Shown: piece after piece, positions 54,398 to 63,649 of the stretch
Position numbering within the stretch: the stretch's first letter is position 1
Layout of the letters: the number at the start of each line of letters is the position of its first letter
IMG/VR virus record: IMGVR_UViG_2511231200_000001
DNA length: 64,000 nt
Reading direction: 5' to 3' (one strand)
DNA from: a virus
Lineage: Duplodnaviria > Caudoviricetes
Notes under the pieces: generated by a model
What the model saw: the letters and a program-made list of their open reading frames with translations, nothing else
Told to the model about the DNA's origin: nothing
Database searches by the model: none
Program-made: the position numbers and the translations under genes

Positions 54398-54919
54398 CTA
54401 GGGTTGGTCGTTCGGCCGTTGTCGGCAGATCGCACAGTAGGCGCGGCCATCGGCATACAACCGGCCGTGCAGGGTTTGGTCATGGCCACTGCGGCACTGC
54501 GACGGGCGTGACCGCCCGCCCCCGAGGTACCGGAGCTGTTCTCGCAGGCGCGTGCGGCCGGGGGTGTCTTCGATGTGCGCCGGTTCGACGCAGTGGTCCA
54601 TGTCGCACTCTGGCTGTGCGTATCCCTGGGGTTCGCGTCCGGTGCGGAGGCGGAAGGCAATCCGGGACGCGGTGTACATCTTGCCGCGGTGCCGGAACAC
54701 TGGGGTGCCATTGGCTTGCCGAGGCCCAGTCCACTCCAGGTGGCCGCCCGCGACCGGCCGCGTGCGTGCACGGAACGCTGCCTCTACCGAGGGGTAGGGC
54801 ACCGGGTACGTCGGTGGCCGCACAGCTGGGATCCCTAGATCACGTTGAATCGCCGGAACGGTGGCGGGCGGCCGACTGTCGGTCCAGCGGACCGTCCCGT
54901 CCCGCACTTGTGTTGCCAA
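54398..54919 (-). CDS. His-Me finger / HNH-like protein with C-terminal Zn finger
   Basis: HLEWTG, SRIAF, CDMDHCVEPAH, CRSGH...YCAIC; TTG start right after upstream TGA (start uncertain). Confidence 0.6.
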   Translation of the reverse strand: MATQVRDGTVRWTDSRPPATVPAIQRDLGIPAVRPPTYPVPYPSVEAAFRARTRPVAGGHLEWTGPRQANGTPVFRHRGKMYTASRIAFRLRTGREPQGYAQPECDMDHCVEPAHIEDTPGRTRLREQLRYLGGGRSRPSQCRSGHDQTLHGRLYADGRAYCAICRQRPNDQP

Positions 54920-54920
54920 G

Positions 54921-55823
54921 TCAGTACTGGTCCGGGTGGTCACCGTGATGCTCCTGCGGATCTTCGGTTTGGTAGACGCGGGCGCTGTCGATGTCCCCTG
55001 AGCGCCAGGTGACGCCGCGGAGTGTGCCGGGAGGTGCTTGGTGCTCATCGTGTGGCCCGCGGACGGTGCAGCGGGTATAGCCGAGGCCGCCGAACTCTGC
55101 TGCGCACGGCGGTGCTTCGGGCGGTGCTGGCACTGGCTGCGCCGCCGGGATCTCGGCGTCCAGCACTGCACGGATGGCTCGGTGGTGTGCGGGGATGCGC
55201 ATCAGGTGTGTGTCGACCTGGCGCCCGGCTTCCGTACAGGAATCACCTGACGGTGCAGCGCAGACGGGACAGGGGGCGACGATGGGGTCGGAGTCCATCA
55301 AGCGCTTGGCTCGGTCCAGCTCCGCCCAAGCGGCGTCCCGCGCTGCGGCGATCACGTCGGCGGCCTGGTGCGCGAGCGTGGCGAACGCCCGCAGCTCGCG
55401 GTTGTCGCGCAGGAGACGGAACAACAGGATCTCGCGTTCATGAGATGTGCGCTTGGAGCCTCTTGCGCGAGCGGAGTACCAGGCTGTGCGGTACCGGTCG
55501 CGCTCCTCGGCCCTCTCCAGGGCATTGCGAACCTCGCCCGGGGTGTAGCAGGCGCGGTCCGCGAACTCGGGGAAGCTCACGGAATCGGTGACGTCATACC
55601 AGGTCGTGGTGTCGTACTGTTCCTCGTCCTGGAAGTGGCCGAACCAGCGGCTCTCGGACACCGGGTGCTTGGCCCAGCCGACCGCCCGCAGATGTCCGCG
55701 GGCCGGATGGCGGGTGACGTGCTCCACGTAGAACAGGACGGAGAGCTCCGGTGCCCGGTACCCGCCGCCAATGTCGAGGTAGGTGCGGCCCGGTTGGAAG
55801 AACTCAGGGATGGGGTTGGTCAT
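54921..55823 (-). CDS. Mosaic hypothetical protein with phage Zn finger
   Basis: CPVCAAPSGDSC...H...H and C...C...H..H. Confidence 0.65.
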   Translation of the reverse strand: MTNPIPEFFQPGRTYLDIGGGYRAPELSVLFYVEHVTRHPARGHLRAVGWAKHPVSESRWFGHFQDEEQYDTTTWYDVTDSVSFPEFADRACYTPGEVRNALERAEERDRYRTAWYSARARGSKRTSHEREILLFRLLRDNRELRAFATLAHQAADVIAAARDAAWAELDRAKRLMDSDPIVAPCPVCAAPSGDSCTEAGRQVDTHLMRIPAHHRAIRAVLDAEIPAAQPVPAPPEAPPCAAEFGGLGYTRCTVRGPHDEHQAPPGTLRGVTWRSGDIDSARVYQTEDPQEHHGDHPDQY

Positions 55824-55843
55824 GGTTGTCCGTTCAGGTTGGA

Positions 55844-55880
55844 GGCGGCTCCGGGCTGGTCGTGCGGGCCCGGAGCCGCC
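55844..55880 (-). promoter_or_regulatory. Conserved-loop stem-loop
   Basis: 13-bp perfect stem, loop CCGCACGACCA, 20 nt before ATG 55823. Confidence 0.75.
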
Positions 55881-55923
55881 GGGTGGTACGGGGATCAGGG
55901 GACGTCCACGCCGAGTTGGCTCG

Positions 55924-56187
55924 TCAGTCGTCTCCGTCTTCCACGGGCAGTGCTCGGAGTTCCGCGAGCGCGAGCCCGTAGGCGGCGCACCAGCCTTCGC
56001 AGTAGGTACGGGCCGGCTCTCTGGAGCCGTCCACGTGGACGCGACACATGCCGACCGGGGTCGTCGTGCCCGTAGCCTCCCTGCCGCACCCTTCGACCGG
56101 GCACTTGCCGGGCCCCACCAGGGTGCGCCCCGGCGCGGTCCCCCCGGTCTTGCCTCGGTTCCAGCTCTGCTGAGCGTGGCTGGCCAC
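55924..56187 (-). CDS. Small Cys-rich protein
   Basis: CPVEGC, MC, CEGWC; start overlaps upstream stop. Confidence 0.55.
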   Translation of the reverse strand: MASHAQQSWNRGKTGGTAPGRTLVGPGKCPVEGCGREATGTTTPVGMCRVHVDGSREPARTYCEGWCAAYGLALAELRALPVEDGDD

Positions 56188-57098
56188 TAACGGTCACCGC
56201 CCTCAGCGACCAGCGCGGCAACCTCATGCCAGCGCCCGGATACGGCCTTCAGCAGGCGGCGTTCGCGTTCCATCCGCTGGGTGGCCGCGTCCCACAGTTC
56301 GGCGTCCCGCCAAGCCCGGATCTCGCTTTCGATGATTCGATCCAGCGTGGTGGGGTCGAGAGCGTCCAGCTCCCAGCTGCTGCGCCCGTACTGCCGGACG
56401 TAGCTGCTCGCACGGCTGTCGGTCAACTTCGCGGGGTTCGGCGGCGGCTGGTGCGTCTCCACCTGGTCCATGTTCAGTGCGATCCGCCGGACATCGACGT
56501 CCGCGCCGAACAACCGCAGTCGCTCTGCGATGTCCCGAGTCATGTCGATCCCAGACGGGTCGTGATCACCGAGGTGGATGACAACCGGCTTCTGCCCGGA
56601 CCGCTCGTACCGGGCCAGCCGCTGCGCCGCCCCCCACAGCTCGGACTGGGATGTGTAGCCACGGCACGAGAAGTAGTCGACGTCGTTGCGCTGGCAGACG
56701 CCGCTGATGACACCGACCAAGGCGTCCTTCTCGATCCAGACCTCGACGCGATGTGGCTGGTTGGCCCATCGTTCGGTGCGGTAGCCGGCGGCAGCGGATC
56801 GGATGATGGACTCCGGCGCGTCCCAGTGGGACAGGCCGCGCAGGTTCCGGGTGCGGTCCACGATGTAGTCCCAGTCCAGCAACCCGGCCAGCCGTGCATC
56901 GTTGATGATGCTGCCCAGCCGCTTGTACTCGGTCTGCGCGTTGGCCAGGAAATCTCTGGCGACGAACTGGTAGTACAGCTGGCGCAGCGTCAGGTCGAAC
57001 CCTTGTCGCATGTACTCGCCGCAGATCGCCTCGGCCTTGGCGATGATGTCGAGGCTGGCGGCACTGAACCGCCTCTCAACGTACGCGATACGAGGCAT
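56187..57098 (-). CDS. Topoisomerase VI-A / Spo11-like TOPRIM protein
   Basis: TLRQLYY, VWIEKDAL, CRGY, HLGDHDPSGIDM, RRIALN, WELDAL; TGATG overlap. Confidence 0.8.
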   Translation of the reverse strand: MPRIAYVERRFSAASLDIIAKAEAICGEYMRQGFDLTLRQLYYQFVARDFLANAQTEYKRLGSIINDARLAGLLDWDYIVDRTRNLRGLSHWDAPESIIRSAAAGYRTERWANQPHRVEVWIEKDALVGVISGVCQRNDVDYFSCRGYTSQSELWGAAQRLARYERSGQKPVVIHLGDHDPSGIDMTRDIAERLRLFGADVDVRRIALNMDQVETHQPPPNPAKLTDSRASSYVRQYGRSSWELDALDPTTLDRIIESEIRAWRDAELWDAATQRMERERRLLKAVSGRWHEVAALVAEGGDR

Positions 57099-57802
57099 CA
57101 GTGCCCGCTCCCCGGCGTTATGCGCAGGCACGGGCAGTCAGCCCTACCCTCCGCAGTCCCGGATGGGAGAGCGTGCCCCGTGTGCGTGGCAGTCGGTCGG
57201 GTGAACTCGCCCGCGGACTTCGGCTGGCTGCCGTCGCGGGTGTCCTTCCCAAGCGCGCCACTCGCCTGCGCGGGAGTCTCAGACGTCGGGCCAGCGTTGG
57301 GCACGCTGTTCTGCCCGTCCTGGTCTGCCTCACCGTTCGGGTCAAGGAGTGCCGCCCCCAGGGCCTCGCGGAGATCGTCGTCGAGGAACAGCGCGGCGGG
57401 GCGGCCGTCATCGGTCATGCAGCACACGATGGTGTCCTCGTCTGAGGCCGGGCCGGGGTAGATCACATGGCGGGCCCAGTGAATGCTGAGCGGAACGGCG
57501 CAGGTTGTAGCCCGGTGGGATCTGGCGCGTGCGGACAGCCATGCTGCTCTGTAGCGCTCGGCCAGGGCCTCGGCGTTGAGCAGGCGGCGCAGCAGATGGC
57601 CGGTGCGCTCGCCCATGTAGCACGTCAGGTTGATGCTGAACCAGTCCACGGACTGCGAGGCGTGGTCGTGGTGGGCCAGGTCGTGGATGATCCGGGCGCA
57701 CATGACCAACTGCTCGACGCCAGCGGGCTGGGCGGTGCCGATGTACTCGGATATCAGCTGGCGCTGCTCGGCGGTCAGCTTGTCCCATCCGATGTCGGGC
57801 AT
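57098..57802 (-). CDS. Hypothetical protein
   Basis: GAAGGA RBS, ATG 57802. Confidence 0.6.
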   Translation of the reverse strand: MPDIGWDKLTAEQRQLISEYIGTAQPAGVEQLVMCARIIHDLAHHDHASQSVDWFSINLTCYMGERTGHLLRRLLNAEALAERYRAAWLSARARSHRATTCAVPLSIHWARHVIYPGPASDEDTIVCCMTDDGRPAALFLDDDLREALGAALLDPNGEADQDGQNSVPNAGPTSETPAQASGALGKDTRDGSQPKSAGEFTRPTATHTGHALPSGTAEGRADCPCLRITPGSGH

Positions 57803-57822
57803 GGGGTTCCTTCCGGTTGGGG

Positions 57823-57853
57823 CGTCCCGGGCTGGTCGTGCGGGCCCGGGACG
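57823..57853 (-). promoter_or_regulatory. Conserved-loop stem-loop
   Basis: 10-bp perfect stem, loop CCGCACGACCA, 20 nt before ATG 57802. Confidence 0.75.
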
Positions 57854-57871
57854 TCACCGCATGCGTCAGGG

Positions 57872-58105
57872 TTAGGAGGCGTTGGTCGGAGCGGTGCTCC
57901 ACCAGGGGATGGGGTCGGGTACCGGTTCGAGGAATGCGAGCTGCGACCGGTCGATCTGTCCGAAGGACGTCGGGCCGTATCCGGGGTCCTTGTCGAGCTG
58001 GACGAAGAAGTACTGGTAGGTGATGCCGGCACTGGGCATCCCGAGGTAGACGACGGGCATGGCGGTCGCCGACTTACCGCCGTAAAGAGCGCGATAGCTC
58101 TTCAT
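57872..58105 (-). CDS. Small beta-rich (SH3-like) protein
   Basis: GAGGAG RBS, ATG 58105. Confidence 0.6.
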   Translation of the reverse strand: MKSYRALYGGKSATAMPVVYLGMPSAGITYQYFFVQLDKDPGYGPTSFGQIDRSQLAFLEPVPDPIPWWSTAPTNAS

Positions 58106-58126
58106 GGGGCTCCTCTGAGGACTGCA

Positions 58127-58158
58127 CCTGCGCCCGAGGCTGGTCGTGCGGGCGCAGG
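58127..58158 (-). promoter_or_regulatory. Conserved-loop stem-loop
   Basis: 10-bp stem, contains CGCACGACCA, 21 nt before ATG 58105. Confidence 0.7.
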
Positions 58159-58178
58159 AGCAGAGGCTGTAAGGGACG

Positions 58179-58748
58179 TCAGGATGTGTTGGCCATTCGC
58201 GCGATGGCGTCGGCGAAGTGGAGGACGGCGGCACGCAGCAGATTGACCTGCGTAGCGATCGGGTCCGCGGGGGCGTTGGTGATGGGTAGGTCGCTGATCG
58301 CGAGCTCGCGCAGGCTCAGTGGGCGCGGTGGGCGTCCTCCGGGCGGGCCCATGCGGCGGGCGCGCGGGATGTCGGGCAGCTCTTCCAGGTCTCCGTAAGG
58401 GAGCACCCCGTTGAACCGATACTCGGTGCTTTCGTAGTCACTGACCAGGAGGCGTATGCCTGTGGTCGCTCGCGTCCAGTCCGCGTGGACGCCGTACAAC
58501 TCAGCCTCCGGGTCCGCGGGCACCAGCACGGCCGGCACCACACCGGTAGGCGTACCGTATGCGGGCTTCGCGGGGGTGATGCCGAGCGCCGCGAGGCGGG
58601 CGTTGATGCGGTCGGCGGTCATTTTGGACTGGATCAGCTTTGAGTTGCGTTCCGCAGCTTGTGTCTCTTCGTAGGCCGCTTCGGCTTCTTCCAACCAGGA
58701 AGGCAGTTCTGCGGCCGGAGTGTTCTGTTGCGGGGGTTCAGTCGTCAC
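58179..58748 (-). CDS. Hypothetical protein
   Basis: GAAGGG RBS, GTG 58748. Confidence 0.6.
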   Translation of the reverse strand: MTTEPPQQNTPAAELPSWLEEAEAAYEETQAAERNSKLIQSKMTADRINARLAALGITPAKPAYGTPTGVVPAVLVPADPEAELYGVHADWTRATTGIRLLVSDYESTEYRFNGVLPYGDLEELPDIPRARRMGPPGGRPPRPLSLRELAISDLPITNAPADPIATQVNLLRAAVLHFADAIARMANTS

Positions 58749-58911
58749 TGGGGTGCCCTTCTGCTCGGCGCTGATTCGTGACGGGTAGGAGCGGCATTCC
58801 GCGCGTGCAAGAATTCGTTCAGGGATTACAGCGCGGGGGTCATCTGGATTCGACAATCCGAGCGCGCAACACTTTTCGTGGCCCTCCTTTCACGGGGGGG
58901 ACGTTGCCTTC

Positions 58912-58940
58912 AATCTACGCCGTTCCTCTTGCGTTTGCAA
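58912..58940 (-). promoter_or_regulatory. Housekeeping-sigma-type promoter TTGCAA-17-TAGATT
   Basis: Near-consensus hexamers, 17-nt spacer, AT-rich gap after ssb. Confidence 0.6.
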
Positions 58941-59093
58941 TAGGAACTGGTGTGCTTCCCAGGACAACAACGCCGAGCAATCGGGGGTGATCAACGGCGG
59001 GTCTTGGCGGCCGGGTCCGGAGCCGTCCCCGGACCCGGCACTGCGCTGCTCGTGGTTGACGGCACTCAGGTGCGACGGGTACGGCGGCAGCCG

Positions 59094-59594
59094 TCAGTAC
59101 GGCGGCGCGGCGTCAGCGCGATTGGCGGGCTGGCTGGTCCACGGGTCGTCGGCCGGCGGACTGCCCCAGGTGCTTGCCGCTTCCGTCGAAGCCGCGGAGG
59201 ACGAGCTGTTGCCCCACCCCTCGACACGGCGCTGCACCTTGGTGACCTTGGCCGTGGCATTGCGGAGCGAGGCGCCGACCTCGTCGACGTCGAGTTCGTA
59301 GACCGTCCGCTTGACGCCCTCACGGTCTTCGTAGGTGCGCTGCTTCAGCCGGCCCTGCACGATGACGCGCATGCCGCGCTGGAGTGACTCGGCCACGTTC
59401 TCAGCTGCCTGGCGCCAGATCGAGCAGGTCAGGAACAGACTCTCGCTGTCCTTCCACTCCTGGGTGTCCCGGTCGTAGGTGCGGGGAGTGGAGGCGATGC
59501 GGAACTTAGTGACCGCGGCACCGGATGGCGTGAAGCGCAACTCGGGGTCGTCCACGAGGTTGCCTACGACAGTGATGATCGTCTCTCCTGGCAT
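59094..59594 (-). CDS. ssb: Single-stranded DNA-binding protein
   Basis: [44 protein letters not shown] and PPY tail. Confidence 0.95.
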   Translation of the reverse strand: MPGETIITVVGNLVDDPELRFTPSGAAVTKFRIASTPRTYDRDTQEWKDSESLFLTCSIWRQAAENVAESLQRGMRVIVQGRLKQRTYEDREGVKRTVYELDVDEVGASLRNATAKVTKVQRRVEGWGNSSSSAASTEAASTWGSPPADDPWTSQPANRADAAPPY

Positions 59595-59719
59595 GGCAAG
59601 AGCCTGCCTTTCCGTCGGATTGGCGATTGCGTTGAGGGGTGGTGAGCCGGCACACCTGTAGCTGGCGTGCCCTGGCTCGTTGCCGAGGTGGTAGGCCGGG
59701 CAGAACCGGCATTCGTAGA

Positions 59720-60724
59720 TCACCAAGTGCTGGCGTCCGGCCCGGCGGCGCAGGGGCTTCCGCGCGAGCTTGGCCTGGTGGTACGTCGGATACGAGCCGG
59801 TCTTGGTGCGGCAGGCGCCGTTTGGAGATCGGCCGGGTGCGGCCCGGGCATGTCAGCGAGGTCGACGGTGCGGTGTGCGTCGTTGTCGCGGTCCAGGGCC
59901 CACGTCGGATCGTAGGGCCAGGTCTCGCCGCGAGCTTTCGCCGCAGCCTTGATGCGTTCCCATGACCTGCCGACCGACTGGGGCTTCATGCCTAGGGCGA
60001 GCGCGATGGCGGAGCGGTCCATGCGACGCCGACGGGTGCCGTACTCGATGGCTGCCGCCCGGTCCCAGAGGTGCAGCGGGACGCGTTCGCCTTCCAGAGC
60101 CCGGATGACGGCGGCGTGATCGACGATTCGCGACTCGCCGCCCTGCCACCCGTGTTGAGCTCTGGCCCGGGGGTCCTCGATACGGTCGTCGTCCCACGCC
60201 AGCGGGCTGGCGTAGCCGCGCTCCACGGCTGTGCGCCGGGTTGCGTGCGCCACGTTGCCGGGCACGCCGTGATCCTCGGGACAGGCGTTCCACCAGTGGT
60301 CGTACAGGGTCGCCGCCTTCAGACGGTCGAAGACGGTGATGGGGCGGGTGGTCGACTCTCCTTCGAGTACCCAGTCGATGTATGCCGACTGCCAGCCGAG
60401 CGCGTCAGCCATGGCAGAGGGGGGCCATCCCTTCCACATGAGCGCAGCCAGCCGCCGGCGGGTGCCGAGGGACCGCGTCGGGGCGGTGAGCCGGCCGCAC
60501 GGCAGGATGGGTATGGCCAGCAGGCGTCGCTCGACGTCCCAGCCGATGGGACGGATCGCGGCGGCCCGCCGCACGGCGTCGGGCGTGGTGCGTACGTGGG
60601 TCGCAGTGACGGGGTCAGGGATGCCGATCAGCCGGAGTGCGCGGACGTGTACGGCGGCGGGCAGGCTGCGCACGGTGCGGCGTATCAGCAGCCGGTCGGT
60701 GCGTAGATGACATGCGGTGGTCAC
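59720..60724 (-). CDS. Actinophage HTH DNA-binding protein
   Basis: GTGA overlap; [25 protein letters not shown]; [13 protein letters not shown]. Confidence 0.7.
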   Translation of the reverse strand: MTTACHLRTDRLLIRRTVRSLPAAVHVRALRLIGIPDPVTATHVRTTPDAVRRAAAIRPIGWDVERRLLAIPILPCGRLTAPTRSLGTRRRLAALMWKGWPPSAMADALGWQSAYIDWVLEGESTTRPITVFDRLKAATLYDHWWNACPEDHGVPGNVAHATRRTAVERGYASPLAWDDDRIEDPRARAQHGWQGGESRIVDHAAVIRALEGERVPLHLWDRAAAIEYGTRRRRMDRSAIALALGMKPQSVGRSWERIKAAAKARGETWPYDPTWALDRDNDAHRTVDLADMPGPHPADLQTAPAAPRPARIRRTTRPSSRGSPCAAGPDASTW

Positions 60725-61209
60725 GGCTGGACGGTCCAGACGGTGAGGAGGGCCCCGGGCCGCGGCAGGGCATACGGCCCGAGGTGTGGATACGTCTTGC
60801 TGAGGCCCCGGTACGCGACGATCAGGCCGTCGTCCTTCCACACCACGCCGGTCAGGGCGTCCTCAGTGCTGCGCACCAGCTTCGACAGGTCCGGATACAC
60901 GCTCGGGTAGACACGCCCTTGAGGCATACGCTGCGGCGCCGGCATGGTGAAGTGCATCCCCACCGCCAGGGCCTCGGTCAGCAGCGTCCACCGTGGCAGC
61001 GAGCGCAGCCGGACGCGGGCAGCTGCTGCTACGGCCTCACGCCAGGGCTTCACCTTCGCGGACGACTCGACCAGGACGGGGACGCGCTTACCGTTACGGC
61101 TGATGCGGTATCCCTTTGGGGTCTTGCTGCCCTGCGGCCCCGGGATACCCCACACCACCATCTCGAACACCGGGTCCGGGCCGCACAGTGGCTGAGCTTG
61201 GGTGCTCAC
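60721..61209 (-). CDS. rusA: RusA-family Holliday junction resolvase
   Basis: PGPQGSK, VKPWR, PDLSKLVRSTEDALTG..WKDD. Confidence 0.9.
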   Translation of the reverse strand: MSTQAQPLCGPDPVFEMVVWGIPGPQGSKTPKGYRISRNGKRVPVLVESSAKVKPWREAVAAAARVRLRSLPRWTLLTEALAVGMHFTMPAPQRMPQGRVYPSVYPDLSKLVRSTEDALTGVVWKDDGLIVAYRGLSKTYPHLGPYALPRPGALLTVWTVQP

Positions 61210-61697
61210 CGTGCCACCGCCTTGGCGTGGCGGTCGTACAGGGTGATGGAGCCAGCGACGGCCACGTTCAGCGATATCGGGAGCATGGTGGGGACGGTCA
61301 GAAGGGTGTGGCAGCGGTCCAGGACTGGTGCAGGCAGACCGGTGTCCTCAGCGCCGAGGAGATAGGCGGCCCGCGCTGGGTGAACGAAGCGCGTCAGCGG
61401 TACCGCGTTCTCGGACATCTCGACTCCTACGAGCTGGCACGCGTGCGGCAGGTGCTCGACCAGGTCCTCGAGGTCGCAGAAGTGCAGCAGCGGCGTGTGC
61501 AGGGGCGTCTTGCAGGTGTCGGTGGCCTGGTGGCGGTAGCGGGCGCCCACGGTGAAGACGAACGCTGCGCCGTACAAGGCTGCAGCCCGCCAGAGCATGC
61601 CGACGTTACGGCTGGTCTTGGTGGCGTAGATCCCGATGGCGAAGTAGCCGCGTCGGGGTTCGCCGGTGGTGGGGAGCGCCAACGTGGTGGTGGTCAC
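61206..61697 (-). CDS. SpoU/TrmH-family RNA methyltransferase (SPOUT)
   Basis: NVGMLWRAA, LVGVE, LLGAEDTGL, SLNVAVAGSITLY. Confidence 0.88.
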   Translation of the reverse strand: MTTTTLALPTTGEPRRGYFAIGIYATKTSRNVGMLWRAAALYGAAFVFTVGARYRHQATDTCKTPLHTPLLHFCDLEDLVEHLPHACQLVGVEMSENAVPLTRFVHPARAAYLLGAEDTGLPAPVLDRCHTLLTVPTMLPISLNVAVAGSITLYDRHAKAVAR

Positions 61698-62131
61698 TGG
61701 TTGTCCTTGGTGTGCAGAGGGGTTACGACGATGGGGTCTTGCTCGACGCCGAGGTTCGTGGGCTCCGGTGCTGCCGGACGGTTGGGAGGGACACGGGGAA
61801 CGAACCAGCCCGCGGACGGTGGAGGGTGTTCTTCCGTACTGGTGCTGCACGCCTCGGCTTCCTGAAGGGCAGTCTTGAGTTCGTGGGGCCATCGCAGCCG
61901 GGTGGTGTGAGTGGTGTGCCTGGCACACGGAGCCGCGAGCTCGAACGGGATGCCGCGTGGGTGGTGGGTCAGGGTGGTGCCGTCGCCATAGGTGCCCGTC
62001 GTCGCGGTGCCGTCCTCACGCCCGGCCCAGTCCTCCAGCGGAATGTAGAAGCCGGCACTGGCCGCTGCGAGGTAGGCGTGGGCCCGTGCTACCTCCTCGG
62101 CCGACGGTGCGGAGGTGGGAGCGTCGCTCAT
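61694..62131 (-). CDS. Hypothetical protein
   Basis: GGAG RBS, ATG 62131. Confidence 0.55.
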   Translation of the reverse strand: MSDAPTSAPSAEEVARAHAYLAAASAGFYIPLEDWAGREDGTATTGTYGDGTTLTHHPRGIPFELAAPCARHTTHTTRLRWPHELKTALQEAEACSTSTEEHPPPSAGWFVPRVPPNRPAAPEPTNLGVEQDPIVVTPLHTKDNQ

Positions 62132-62196
62132 GGAAGTCTCCAGGTTGGGGCCCGCGCCGTGACGCGGGCCGTTGCACGGCGAGTGCTGGAGGGGAG

Positions 62197-63033
62197 TTAG
62201 AGGGGTTCGGGAATGTCGCGGTTGGCCGAGTGACGGATCAGTGCGACGTCCCGCGTGGGATCCTCCCGAAGGTGGTTCCACGCGCGGATGACGTAGGCGA
62301 CCTGCGTCGCCGTGGTCACCACGCGGTTGACGTCTCTGTCGGACTGGGCACGGCGTCGCAGCGCGTACACCGGGTGGCCGACGGGCAGTTCAGCGCCATC
62401 GGCGAGTCTGGCGAAGAACCAGGTGGCATCACCGGCGGATGTTCGACTGCACAGGGCGTGGGCCGTGCCGACGGCGCTGGGCGACAGAGCGCGGAAGGAG
62501 CGGTACGTCGTCGCGGCGACTTCCGCTGAGCGCCTCAGCTGCGGCTGTCGGGCGAGGAGGGCATTCATCTCTGTGACGGTGGGCGTGGTGTTGCCGTTGA
62601 ACTTGCGGTCCCCGGCGTCCCACATCCACACCAGTCGCAGGATCGGCGCCAGGTAGGAGGTGTGCTTCTCGCCCTCGATACCCAGGACGTCTGCCATGCT
62701 GCGGCGAGCCCCTACGTCCATCGACCTTTGCACTTCTTGTGGGAGGCCGGTGATGATGAACGTCGTGAACGGCCTACCGGCCTCGACGCATGCGGTCAGC
62801 CGGTGCTGCCCGTCGAGGATCGTTCCGTCGACGGCAATCTTGATCGTCTCGCCGTTGAGGTCCCAGGAGCCGTTGGCGATGTCCCGGACCATCTGTCGGT
62901 AGTGCTTGGGCTTCGTCTTGCGATTGTGCGTGTTGTGGCGCAGGTACTCCGTTGCCATCTCGGGGGTGATGATTGCGATGCGGGCGGCCGGCCCGGTCGT
63001 GCCGTCGGCGGCGCCGGAGGATTTGCCGTTCAT
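62197..63033 (-). CDS. ParB/Srx-like DGQHR-domain protein
   Basis: ITPEMATEYL, NTHNR, NGETI, ILDGQHRLTA. Confidence 0.75.
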   Translation of the reverse strand: MNGKSSGAADGTTGPAARIAIITPEMATEYLRHNTHNRKTKPKHYRQMVRDIANGSWDLNGETIKIAVDGTILDGQHRLTACVEAGRPFTTFIITGLPQEVQRSMDVGARRSMADVLGIEGEKHTSYLAPILRLVWMWDAGDRKFNGNTTPTVTEMNALLARQPQLRRSAEVAATTYRSFRALSPSAVGTAHALCSRTSAGDATWFFARLADGAELPVGHPVYALRRRAQSDRDVNRVVTTATQVAYVIRAWNHLREDPTRDVALIRHSANRDIPEPL

Positions 63034-63053
63034 GTCGGCTCCTTTCGTTGAGG

Positions 63054-63494
63054 TTAGGCCGCAGCGGATGGGCTGCCGGTGTCCGTGAGGGTCTGAGCCA
63101 GGGCACGCAGTGCGGTGGTGACCACCTCCTGCGTGACGCCGGGCTGGTCGGGCCATGCGGCCAGCGCGTCGATGGGGTCGGCTTCGATCGCCGCGGCGGC
63201 TGCACCGACCGCATCGGAGTTGAGGTGGGCCGAGAGCGTCCTGATGGTGTCCATGGCCACCGGGTTGGTGATGATGCGGGACTTGCAGCGCTCGATCGCC
63301 TCGATGCTGGGCAGAGCGAACTCACTCGGCAGCACGCCGTCGTTGGCGGCCTGGTAGATGGCCGCGGGTACGTCCAGGGCGTTGCCGGTGGACGCGGCGA
63401 ACGCTTCGTCGCCGGTGTACAGGCCGTACAAGTCGATGTACACGGCGGCCCACCGAAGGGTGATGGCTTGCTCGGTGGGAGGCGTTTCGGGCAT
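63054..63494 (-). CDS. Hypothetical protein (DUF6197-like)
   Basis: LDVPAAIYQA, LSAHL, LAAWPDQPG. Confidence 0.55.
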   Translation of the reverse strand: MPETPPTEQAITLRWAAVYIDLYGLYTGDEAFAASTGNALDVPAAIYQAANDGVLPSEFALPSIEAIERCKSRIITNPVAMDTIRTLSAHLNSDAVGAAAAAIEADPIDALAAWPDQPGVTQEVVTTALRALAQTLTDTGSPSAAA

Positions 63495-63649
63495 GGGTGT
63501 TCCGTCTCTGTGGTCTGTTGGTTGGGGTGGTGCGCCGGGCAGGCGGGAGCGGCGGGGAGGGGTAGGTCGCTCGACCGCCTGCCCGGCGGTCGGTTGGGGA
63601 CCGGTCCAGGGGATGTGGATTCACCCCCGGGGACGGTCCGGGTTGTGGG

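Noticed and set aside
54398-54919. Active homing endonuclease or intron
   Set aside because: The HNH-like motif is degenerate and no interrupted host gene flanks it
42793-58158. Conserved-loop hairpins as ordinary intrinsic terminators or REP elements
   Set aside because: No U-tract, loop conserved rather than stem, strict sense orientation before start codons; a terminator role is not excluded but does not explain the loop
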